Positions 25,545-36,841 of a DNA stretch of 64,000 bases are shown piece by piece. Each line of letters starts with the position of its first letter. Position 1 is the first letter of the stretch. The notes under the pieces were generated by a model. The model searched no databases and was not told the DNA's origin. It saw only the letters and a list, made by a program, of their open reading frames with translations. A program made the position numbers and the translations under genes. The stretch lies in NCBI GenBank assembly GCA_002104945.1, contig MCFH01000024.1:186001-250000 (forward strand), read 5' to 3'. The DNA is from Piromyces finnis finn. Its lineage: Eukaryota; Fungi; Neocallimastigomycota.

Positions 25545-26461
25545 TTCTTAATATATTTTATATGTAAAATGTCTTCTTTATCAATTTTTATATAGGTTTA
25601 CTTTTTTTTTTTATTTTACAATTAATCTTTGTAATAAGAGTATTTAAGACTTTTATTGTTTCTTTCTTTACCCTCTTTTTGTTTTTTTAAGGAAATTTTA
25701 AAACTTTTTTACTTTTCTTTTCTTCTCTTTTAAAAGTGGTAAATAAAATATAGGGTTTTTTTTTTTTAATTTTGATAATTTCAAATTTTATTTACAATTT
25801 AAATTGACAGTACATTAATAGTAATATTCTTAAATGGTATTCTTTAACATAATAGTAATAATATATGATAATTTCTATTTCTTTTTAAATAGTATTATTA
25901 TTTTGATATGGATAATGGTATAGATAGATAGTTTTTTTTTGTTGATAAATAAATATATGTATTATAATGGTTTAAATATAAATTTGGTAAATTATTTTTT
26001 CTTTAAAAAAAATAATTTATATATATATTTTTGAATTAAATTGGAAATTATGAATTTTTTGTTTTAGGTTTTTAGTTTTTAAATAAAAAACTTTTATTTT
26101 GAAAGGTTTTTTTTTTTTTTTTTTTTTATCTTTAATATTGAAATTATATAAAATGAGTTAATTGAAATAATTTAATTTAATTATTGACGAATTATTATAA
26201 TTTACCCTTTTATATATATTTGTTTTTAATATTTAAAGTGCATTTTATGTTGATATATAAATAATATGTATTGTAGAATTTATGTTGACAACTTTTATAT
26301 TAAGAATAGTATTTTATTTCCAAGGTAACTAACTTTGTTGAAATACTAGCCAAAAAGAATGTAATAAAAAGAAAAACCTTTTTATTATTATATATTTAGT
26401 AAAAATAATATAAATAAATATTTCAATAAGAATACTATAATAATAACAGTAATAATAATAG

Positions 26462-26495
<34 letters not shown>

Positions 26496-28063
26496 GAGTA
26501 AAAATAAAAAAAAAATATCAATTTATTAGAGAAGGAAAAAAAAAAAAATTTTTTTATATTAAAAAATCCTAATTTTTAATTTTTAATATATAGAAAGAAA
26601 GGATCTATTACTAATACAAAAAAAAAAAAAAAAAACACTTTATTAAAAAAAAAAAAAATTATTATTAAATGTCTATAAATATATTTTATTATTTTATTAT
26701 TATTTTAAAAAGTTTTTAAAGAAAAAAATAAATAAATAAAAAAGGAAAAAGAATGGTTTTTACCTTTTTTATTTAAAAAAATAATTAATTTGTTTTTAAT
26801 GAGAAAATATTAAATTAATTATAATAAATAAATTTATTAAAAAAAAAAGGGAAAAAAAAAGGTTTTATTCTTACAATCTACAATAATTAATACATTATTA
26901 AATAAATGGATGAATAAATAAAATTTTAAATTAATTAATTAATAAATAAATAAATGAATAAATTAAATAAATATTTAATCCTATTACAAAAAAATATTAT
27001 TTAATACCTTTTAATTTATATTTATATTATTATTATAATAATAATATTTATCTAATAATAATACACTTTATATTTATAATTATCCTTTTTCATCATCATC
27101 ATTATTATTATTTTTCCTTTAAAATTCTTAAAGTATCTCATCTCACTAAAAAAAAATTTTATTTTTTTTTTATCCTACTCTTTACACCTACCCTTTTTGA
27201 ATAAATATTTATTATTAATTTAGTATTAATTCTACATTAATTCATTCATTAATTACCTATTTATATATAGATGCATTAAAAAATAAAATAAATAAAAATC
27301 CACTTCTTTTTTTATATATAGAGTGAATAAAAAAAAAAAAAGCAAGAACTTAATTCCAAAAATATCAAAAACTTTAAAAATTGATTTTTGATACATTCCT
27401 TTCTTTTTAATAAATAATTTTATTTTTAATTTAATGTAAACTTTATTTATTATAAAAATGATGGTTTAGGTTTTTTTTTAAATTCATACTAAAAATCAAG
27501 GTTACTTTTTTTTTTAAATAAACCATTTAAAATATTATGAATTTCAATTTTATATTAACACATTGCATTCATTACATTATAAAGAAAGAAAAAAGGATTT
27601 TCATTCATGCATTTCAAAAAAAAAAAATAATAAAATTAATTATGATCATTTAAAGTTTATGTTATTCATGTTTGTTTTTATCATAATAATAATGATAAAG
27701 TAATTTAATAATAGATTTATTTTATATAAAAAATAAAGTAACATAATTATATAATTCAATTGACATAATTATACTTTTTGTATATATAATTAAATAATTT
27801 ATTGAACATGATTATACTTTTATATATTATTAAATGAATGTTACTAATAAAGATACCATTATCTTTGTGTTTTATTTTATTTTTTTCATAAAGATTATTT
27901 AGTATTTATTTTCAATTATTAAATGGACAAGTCAAAAATTCATTATTTTTATTATTTTTGGATGTTAACAATACATTTTAAATTACATACATTAAAAATG
28001 TGAATGAATTAAATTTGATGTATTTATAATGTATCTATAATGCATTTATATTTTATTTAAGTG

Positions 28064-28607
28064 ATAGATATAGGCTTCGTTCCAGTTTTTATCCTGGTTG
28101 TTAAGGCGTTTCCTTAGCATACATAAGGCTTCTGGTTCGACCCCGCAGATGTCAGTGCCTGTGGATTTTCCCACTGGGTTTGCCATGGGTTGGGTTATGA
28201 TATTCAGGTAAGTATAAATGAACTTTCTAATTTACTACTATGATAATAACACTCGTCTAGCCGGCCTGAGAGGGTCTAGTGTACATGGTACATTCCAAAT
28301 TAGAACTTAATAAGTGGTGACTTAGGCTATGCCAAAAACACATAATATTCCTTAATCAATTTAAGTGTAAACATTAGGGGGCGGTTGACACGTGATCAAA
28401 TTGACTATAAGAGGCTTAGCATCGTAGTTATGAAATATCGTACAACGACATGCATCTAATGTACATGGATTAAGTGAGCGTCGAAGCTGAAGAAACAGTA
28501 TGACAGACCAGGAGGGTCACAACCACCTAGCAATAGGAATGAGCCAACGTTTCTCTAAGAACCACCATTGGAGCTAACTCTGATCGATGGGAGAAATGCA
28601 CTCGGAA

Positions 28608-28653
<46 letters not shown>

Positions 28654-28658
28654 AGGCT
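28064..28658 (+). mobile_element. tRNA-derived SINE-like non-autonomous retroposon with poly(A) tail and 13-bp target-site duplication
   Basis: GC-richer ~535-bp body (28077-28610) and a ~35-nt A tail (28611-28645), flanked by the direct repeat atagatataggct (28064-28076 and 28646-28658). The head has the Pol III B-box GGTTCGACCCC (28134-28144) and an anticodon-like stem CCTTA/TAAGG with a 7-nt loop (28112-28128). Confidence 0.82.
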
Positions 28659-28983
28659 ATAGAATGTTATCTTTGAAATATTTATACAATTAATAGTATT
28701 ATATTATATTTAGCTTAATATTTAGTATTACTATTTTATTACTTTATTAACTGTATTTTTTTTATATTTATATTTGTTAATATTAAATATTTTTTTTTTT
28801 TCAATTCTTAATAATATTATATCATGTTTATAATGTTTATATTTTATTGTTATTTTATTATTATAATTATTAATATAGTGTAGATTAATATATCCATTTT
28901 AATTTTTTTTTTAATTTTTTTTATAAATTGAACAAATCCGTCTTTTTTCACGGACAGAGAGATGGAGGATAGAGAATTTATAA

Positions 28984-31900
28984 TTATTGTTGTCTATTGA
29001 GTTGTTCATAATGATCATTACATGAAAAAAGATTAACTTTATCACCATCGACTTCATAAATAAGTCTATATTGTTTATCTATTCTTCTTGAATACATATT
29101 TCTATTATGCCATTTTAGTTGTTCGGGTTGACCTATTCCTTTAAATGGATCCTTTTTTATGGCTTCAATTAACTTTTTAATTTTCTTATAAATATCAGGA
29201 CTATCTTTTTTCCATCTATTTATATCTTTATTACATTTATCAGTAGATACTCCCCATTCTTCATTATCTTCTGGTATATCTCTTTCCATTGAAAATATTT
29301 GCATTTTTGAAGAAGCTTCTTTTTTAGACTCATATCTTTTTAAAATATTTTCAATATCTTTTCTTTTTTTTATCAGTGAACTTTTTAATAATATCAAATA
29401 CTGTTTTATCATTTATGTCTTTTATAGATGTCTTTGCCCTTTTCTTGATTAATAATTTTACTATTCGAAGGAAATATTCCTCTGTTGATTCCATTAATGC
29501 AGTTCTTTTTTTCTTATTGGATGAATTGATTATTTTTTCATTTTTATTAAGTAATTCGACTGTAACGTCAAAATGACCATTTCTTGCTGCACGAATCAAG
29601 GCATTATCTCCATTGATTTTGTTTTTAAATGAAAGATCAGCATCATAAGATAATAATATTCTTACTAATTGATGATTATTATTATTGGAAGCGATTATTA
29701 ATGGGGTATCGCCAGATTTATTTGTTTTGTTTATATCGATGAGTAATTCTCCATCTTTATATTTACTTTCCATCAATGAATCTATTTTATCAATGTCACC
29801 ATTAGACACAGCTTCGAATAATTCATCATGAATATTTTTGATAAATTCAGGCGTGACTTCTTCTCTGGAGAACACGCTTGGTGTTGGTTCAACTTGTTCT
29901 TTGGATGGTTCTGTTGGTGTTGGTACAATTTCGGTTTCTTCTTTAGAAGGTTCAATTTGTTGTTCTTCTTTTTCTTCTTCTTCCTCTTCTGATTCTAATT
30001 CCGATTGAATTAAATTAATAATTTTCTTTCTATTTGTATTCTTGGCACAATCTAATACAGTTTCATCAAATTCGTTTTTCTCTTTAAGAACTTTGCTCTT
30101 GCTTGATTTATCCAATTTATTTAATTCTTCTAATATACGTTTAATTAATCGTACATCTCCACTTTCAATAGCATACATTAATGGGGTAAGACCGAAGAAA
30201 TCTACAGTACTGATGATATTAGCATGATGGCGTATTAACATATCAATAACATTCCTATGCCCTTGTGCCATAGCACACATTATTGCTGTGACACCATCAG
30301 CACTAGGCATATTAACATCAATTTTTGGGTGGTTTAATAACAATTCAACGATATCTTCGTATCCTTTCTCAGAAGCTAAAATCAATGCGGTATCTCCGTA
30401 ACAATTTATTGCATTGACATCAATTTTAGGATGTTTTAATAAAGATTCAACAATGTCTTTATATCCATATCTTGAGGCATAATTCAATGGAGTAATTTTA
30501 TTTTTATTTTTAATATTAACGTCGACTTTAGGATGATTGACTAACATCTCAACTATTGAGGCACGTTCATTTCTTGTAGCATACATTAATGCAGTGTAAT
30601 CTTCATCATCTTGTAGGTTCACGTCGATGTTTGGATGCTCTAATAACAATTCGACTTCTGATTCATTTCCTCTTTGAGCTGCATACATCAATGCAGTAAT
30701 ACTATAGATATCTTGAGCGTTGACATCGATTGTTGGTTGATTTAATAAAAGCTTTAATTCATTACTACATTTATTTCCAGCTGCATAAATCAATGCGGTG
30801 TATCCATTTTCAGCCTTCTTATTAATTTCGATTTCAGGGCGATTCAATAATAATTTTACGATTTCTCCATTACCGAGTTGTGAAGCAAACATTAATGCAG
30901 TGACACCTTCGTTATTACTTAAATTAATATTGATATCCTTATGTTTCAAAAACAATTCAGCTATTTCAGTTTTTCCAAAATATGCAGCAAACATTAATGG
31001 TGTATCACCGGTTTTAAATTTTGTATTCACATTAATGTCAAAATGATTCAAGAGATGTTTAACTTTTTCTATGTTTCCATTTTCAGTTGAATTAAAAATT
31101 GATAATGTTCTTAAATTTTCATTTAAATATTCTGCCAACATTTCAGCAATTTCATTATGTCCATATTGTATGGCAAGTAAAAATGCTTGAGCATATTGCA
31201 TTTCAGGATTGATAATGGGTTGATCCAATAATAATTTAACAATGTCTAAATGACCATTTGTAGCTGCAAACATCAATGCTGTTCCTCCTTCATTATTTTT
31301 GATATTTACATCAATTTTTGGATGATTTAATAAAAGTTTAACTATTTTTATATTTCCTTGTTGGGATGCACACATCAATGGTGTGTCACCATTATCCATT
31401 TTTGCATTAACATTGATATCAAAACGATTCAAAAGTTGTTAAACTTTTTCTATATTTTCACTTACAATGGATGTGAAGAATGATAATGTTCTTGAATCTT
31501 CATCTACATATTCTCCCAATAGTTGAATGATTTCACTATGTTCATATCTCATAGCAAGTGATAATGCATGTTTACCTTGTGTTTTAAGATCGATAGTGGG
31601 TTGATCCAACAATAATTTAACAATGTCTAAATGACCATTTGTAGCTGCAAGCATCAATGCTGTTCCTCCTTCATTATTTTTAATATTTACATCAATTTTT
31701 GGATGATTTAATAAGAGTTTAACGGTTTCTAAATTTCCTTTTTCAGCTGCGCACATTAATGGGGTAAAGAGTTGTGGCCTATCCTGAATATTAACATCGA
31801 TATTTGGTTGCTCCAACAATAATTTAACAATTTTTTCATAGTTTTTTTGTTCTGATGCGAAAATCAATGGAATGAATTCATTAATATTCGGATTATTTGA

Positions 31901-32297
31901 ATATTTTATTCTAACATTAATATCAACAGGATTCGTTTTAAGCATAAATTTTATTTTATTATAATTCCCATCAGTAATCATTTTATGGAAAAGATTATTA
32001 GCAATTTGAATATTGACATTAAGCATATCAATGCTTTGTTGAACTTCTATTGGTGCTTTATTCTTAGCTAACTGTATATTAGCACCATACTTTAATAATA
32101 ACAGAGTTTTTTCAAGACTTTTTTCTTGAAACGCTATAGTTAATGCAGTATATCCATTCTTATCTTGAGCATTAACTTCCACACACCTATCTCCTTTATC
32201 ATTTTTTATATCCAATACTTCTTTTATAATTTCACAGTTTGCATATTTTGTAGCATACATTAATAATGTACGTTTATCAGAGTTTTTAATGTTAAAA
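28984..32297 (-). pseudogene. Ankyrin-repeat (~25 repeats) protein with C-terminal YoeB/Txe toxin domain; interrupted by in-frame TAA (31439-31441) and a +1 A in an A8 run (~29364-29371)
   Basis: ORFs 31439..32260 and 29351..31432 are in the same frame, separated only by TAA; the paralogous repeat has AAA/Lys there. ORF 28984..29412 joins ORF2 if the A8 run is A7 (TDKKRKDIENIL). An acceptor-like site lies at 32298-32299 and no upstream exon was found. Confidence 0.8.
29008..29256 (-). CDS. yoeB: YoeB/Txe-family (RelE/ParE superfamily) ribosome-dependent mRNA interferase domain
   Basis: WKKDSPDIYKKIKKLIEAIKKDPFKGIGQPEQLKWHNRNMYSRRIDKQYRLIYEVDGDKVNLFSCNDHY aligns without major gaps to E. coli YoeB as recalled (WQETDKRIVKKINELIKDTRRTPFEGKGKPEPLKHNLSGFWSRRITEEHRLVYAVTDDSLLIAACRYHY). 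Confidence 0.93.
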
Positions 32298-32649
32298 CTA
32301 TAATAAAAGTAAGACTATATTTAGAATAATAGAATATTAATTCATTATTTATATAAAAATAACTATTTAAACAATATAAAATGAAAAACTCTTTTTTTTT
32401 TTTTTTAATATAAAATGTTTTAAACTTTGATAAAAAAAAATAAATAGAACATTATATTTTAAAATTTTAAAATGAATTATTTTTTATTTTTTTTTAAAGA
32501 TAGAATAGAATTGTAAAAAAAAAAAAAAATAAAGATAATCATATTCATTTTAGTTTAATTTTAATTATTATTATTATTATTATATGTGTATGTGTGCTAA
32601 TAAATAATTTTATTTCTATTTCGATTTCTATTTTTAATTATAGGTAGAA

Positions 32650-35168
32650 TCATTTAATAAAATTGGTATCTGGTGGTAATTCATAGACCAGGCAACGTTT
32701 TAAATTTTTTTCATCATTTTTTATACTAATGAGTTTTAAATAGTTAAAACAATGTTCTATTACCAATTTTCCTTTATTTGGAGGAATCTCTAATACCAAA
32801 TAGTTTGTTTTCTTTCTATCATAAATTAAATTTTTATCAATACATTTTTGGAGAAACTCGCTGATTTGTTCATAACAATGAATTCCCTTTTCACCACCAC
32901 CAAGTAGGGCTAATTGTGGTTCATATTGAATTGATTTACTAAAACTTTTAATCTCTTTTTCGGTCAAATAGGGTGGGTTACACACTACTACATCAAAATA
33001 GGTTGTTTCCCCTTCATCTTCAGAAATAAAAGAACGGTGTAATTCTTTATTCTCAGAAAGGGATGAAAAATCACCTTTAATAAATTTTGCATTATCTAAT
33101 AAATGAATTATAAAATAAATAAATAATGATGAACAATATATATATAATATATAATGTATAATAATTAGAAGAATTACATAATAACATAATATAATAATAA
33201 TAAAATAATTAAAATAATTATATTTTAAGTTCACTACCTTTTTGATCTCCTAATAAAGCTTCTTTATTTTTATTTGCTAATTCTAAAATTTCATCAGAAA
33301 GATCAATGCCGACACCCTGCGAATTATTTATATTTTTTAAACATGATAAAAGAATACAGCCACTACCCGTACCTAAATCCAAAATACGATGAGGTTTCAA
33401 ATCTATTGTAGCTTGAACTAAAACTTCAGTGGCTTTTCTTGGTATTAAGCAATTTTCATTAACGTAAAATAAATTTCCAAAGAATTCCTTTTTTTTTTTT
33501 TTTAACAATTTATTATTGCAACAATAATATATTAATTTATTAAAAAATAGTAATGTGAAAAAAAAAAAAAAAAAAAAAAAAGATAATAAGGATATATGAA
33601 ATTAATAAATATATAACTAAATAAATAATAATTTATAATAATTATAATAACAATAATATATATACTTTTCTTTTTTTCTGTTTTTTTTTTTTTTTTTTTT
33701 TTTTCTAAATTTTTACCTTTTCCCCTAAAATATATGGTGTAGGTCTTTGATCATTATGTATGTGATCAATTAAAAATTTATTATCCTGATCCGAATTTTC
33801 AAATGAATCCAATGCTTTTTCAAATAAAAGTAATTCTTCTTCTTGTTTTCTTTTCCAAAATTTTTCTTCCTTTGCTCGAATAGCATTAAATTTAGTTGGT
33901 TCTGGACTGGTAAAACTCATATTTTCTTTAGTTTTTGGATGTTGGAAATAGAGTGAGGTAAGGGTTAAATAAAGACCTTTATCTTTTGAATTTGCAATTT
34001 GTTTGGTATAACGGGTATTTCCAATGATCGGATGCCCTAGTTTAATCATATGTTTTCTAGGTTGAAATCTATTATAACCTTTTTTAGGTGTTATTAATAC
34101 AGTGGTAAGATATCCAGAACCATTACGAGTTTTTGAAATTTTTGATATGGCATATTCTGTGATACATTCTTCATTATCTATTACCGAGGAAATTATTTGT
34201 TTTTCATTTTCATTTCCTTCAATTCTTCCATGAACAATTCCCATATAGGTTTGAACTATACTATTTTTTTTTAAATCTTCAACAAGTACATTATAACTAG
34301 ATTCTGTTTTTGCTGCAATGACCTTTAATTTTTTTTTTTTTTTTTTTTTTTTGGAATTTAAAAATTAGATTTTATTTTTTTTTTTAAAAAAAAATACTAA
34401 GTAATTCAAATCTATTCAAGTATTCCATCAATATTAATTAATTAAATAGTTAAAAAAAAATAATGATATTTACAAATCCTGGGGTTGCTTTATCAAGTAA
34501 AGAAACACATTTTGGATTTTCTAATTTGTCATTGGAATTTGATGGTTTTAAATTGTATTTTAATGCAATTTCTAAAGTACTTGATAATTGATTATTTAAT
34601 GTTGTACCAGAAGGTTTCCTTTATTCATTTTATTTATTATTTTTTATATTTTTATATTTATATTTTTATTTTATGAACAACGAATTTTAAATTTTAAAAA
34701 ATAAAAATAATAATTTAATTATAAATTTAAAAATCTAATTTTTGAGTTTCTGTAATAAATTTAGATTTCAATAAATTTCAACTATATGCATAAAATGTAA
34801 CTTGTTAAAACTGTTATTATTATATACCATACAACAGCCATTTCATCATCTTCATAACGTATATCTACTTTAAAACCTTCCTTATATTTTAAAGTTTCTT
34901 CTATTTTACGGGTAACCTTTACAACATCACCAGCATTAAGAGTTTCAAAACCTCTTGCCGGTTTTCCATTAATTAATACTTGCCCTTGTTTACAAGCAAG
35001 GTGACTTTGACTTTTAGAAATAATTAAATGGGAAAAGTAATTACGAATAAAAGATCCAACTTTTTCACCTTCATTTTCTTTAGTAATGATGGTTGAATTT
35101 CTTTCATTGCTTTCTTCTAAAGTCTCTTTACTTACTTCAGTTAATCTTGGTTCACTTTTAACTTTCAT
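32650..35168 (-). CDS. prmC: Fusion protein: S4 + RluA-family pseudouridine synthase-like domain and HemK/PrmC release-factor glutamine methyltransferase, ~5 exons
   Basis: S4 'GQVLING', 'YEDDEMAVVW/KPSG', 'VSLLDKATPGF/VIAAK', 'TYMGIVHG', 'RKHMIKLGHPIIGNTRY' and 'LYFQHPKTKENMSFTSPEP', then PrmC 'PTPYILGEK/EFFGNLFYVNENCLIPRKATEVLV', 'LDLGTGSGCI', 'VVCNPPY' and 'EPQLALLGG'. The exons splice in frame. Confidence 0.88.
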
Positions 35169-35938
35169 TATTTTTACTTTGTCATTCTACAATAAGAATA
35201 TATTTAAAAAAAATAAATTTAAATAATAATTTTTATAATAAATGTATTTAACTATGATCTTTTAAATATTATAAAAAGTGAAGAAGAAGAAAAAAAATCA
35301 ACTTTTTTTAAATATAATAATTTTTATTATATATATAATATTTTCATTTATATAATTTATATAATAATACCAATACTAATAACAACAAATACTTTTATTA
35401 TTTATCTATTAATTATTTAGTTTCTTCAAACAACTGATATTTAAATAAATAAACCTCTTTTCTTTCTTTTCTTCTTATTATCTTTTATATATAATAAAAA
35501 AAAATCAAAGAAAGAACGAAAAAAAAAGGAATGCGACAGTTTTTTAATTCAAAAATAAAAAGAAATTAAATTTTTAAATATAAAATTTTATTTATTAATA
35601 AATTTTACATTCATTTAAATATAAAAACATTTACTTTATTACTTTCTTTTTAAATATTTCAATTTCTAACAAGACATTCCTTTATGAATCATTGATATCA
35701 AATTAGTTATTAGTTGTTATTTACAGTTTTTTTTTTTTTTTTTTTTTTTTTTGTTTTGTTTATTTCTCTTTTTCTCATTCTCTTGTTTTTTAAAGATGTA
35801 TTTGAAACATTTTTAATTTGTACTTAAATATTAAGAATTAAGGCTTTTATCTTTTTTTGTACTCGAATATAAAAATTTTTATATTTTAATAGAAAAAATA
35901 AAAGTTTGATTTTTTTTTTTTTCATCTATTTCCACTAG

Positions 35939-36841
35939 GATTTTCAAAAAAAGATAGTATTTTATTAAATGTTATATTTAATAAGGAAACTAGAACAAAT
36001 ATCATAAAATTAAGAGGAGAATGTGATGAAAATCAACTGATGTCAAATCTTATGGAAAATAGTGGTATTAGAAATATGGTTGTTAATGGAGAACTTACTG
36101 ATGATTGTGATGTAGTTAAACTTTTTAAAATTCTTAAAAATTATAATAAGTCTACTATTAGAAAAATTATTGAAAATCCAGAATTTTTAGATATGCCTAA
36201 TGATGGAGGATCAAATATAAATAATTATACATTTTTCAAAATGAATAGTACAAAAATAGTTAGTACATCCATAGAAGGAAGTATTACACAATTTACTAAA
36301 TCATTTGAAAAATATGGTGAGGAAACTATTAATAAAATATTAAATAACCCAAACACTATTTACATGATAAGCAGTAATGAATTAAATGATAGTATGCTTG
36401 AAGATTATAAATAATATTTATCGCGATTTATTTACACCAAATGAAAAAACTGGATATAGTGGTGAAGCATATATTTATGAATTATTAATGGATCTTTTAA
36501 GATCCGGTCAACTCAAGTCAGTTGAATGGAAAACATTAAGTAAAAATGGATGCGGAACTAAATTAGATTATCATGGAAAAACATATTATCTAGATCCAGA
36601 TGGTTCTCATTATGATATTGTTGTTGAAACTAATAATGATCGAAAAATATTAATTGAAGTTAAATCAACTAAACACGATTACAATGGAAATAAAGTTCCA
36701 TTTTTCCTCAGTCAAAAACAAATAAGCATGATGAATAATATTAAATATCCAAATGAATATATTTTAGCAATAGTTTTTGATGCACCTTGTAACCCTAAGC
36801 ATTTCTTTATGAGTTTAAGCAACAATGTGGTAGAAAATTAA
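35939..36841 (+). pseudogene. Frameshifted terminal-exon fragment encoding a DUF3883/NOV-C type PD-(D/E)XK nuclease-like domain
   Basis: 'TGYSGEAYIYELL', 'VEW', 'HYDIVV', 'ILIEVKST', 'FFLSQKQ' and 'YILAIV' match the DUF3883 pattern GxxGE..W..YDI..IEVKST..FxxSxxE..YxxxxV. ORFs 36040..36414 and 36386..36841 overlap out of frame at ~36405-36415. A polypyrimidine-ctag acceptor ends at 35938 and no upstream exon was found. Confidence 0.72.

Noticed and set aside
28095-28155. Functional tRNA gene
   Set aside because: It lacks a pairing acceptor stem and a canonical anticodon loop (no U33), and it is embedded in a TSD-flanked poly(A) element, so it is treated as a SINE head.
28258-28275. tagccggcctgagagggt resembles a conserved bacterial 16S rRNA segment
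   Set aside because: Only 18 nt match (from memory) and the flanks do not continue the rRNA sequence, so it is not an rRNA gene.
28487-28493. CUGANGA hammerhead core within the SINE body
   Set aside because: I could not identify a matching stem II followed by GAAA or a stem III/NUH site.
29360-29375. Classic -1 slippery heptamer A AAA AAG just before the YoeB frame
   Set aside because: Reaching the YoeB frame needs a +1 (or -2) shift. The -1 frame stops within a few codons (...ATA TTT TAA), so programmed -1 frameshifting cannot explain the fusion.
31439-31441. Premature stop rescued by A-to-I editing
   Set aside because: The stop is TAA and the paralogous residue is Lys (AAA). Editing could only give Trp and would need two edits, and such stop-correcting editing is described for sexual stages of filamentous ascomycetes, not supported here.
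28984-32297. Bacterial contaminant contig explaining YoeB
   Set aside because: The region is contiguous with intron-containing fungal genes, has similar AT-biased codon usage and a eukaryote-type acceptor site. A chimeric join cannot be fully excluded without reads.
28660-32640. Cognate YefM/Phd antitoxin next to the YoeB domain
   Set aside because: I could not recognise any small ORF with antitoxin features on either strand; the flanks are AT-rich non-coding DNA.
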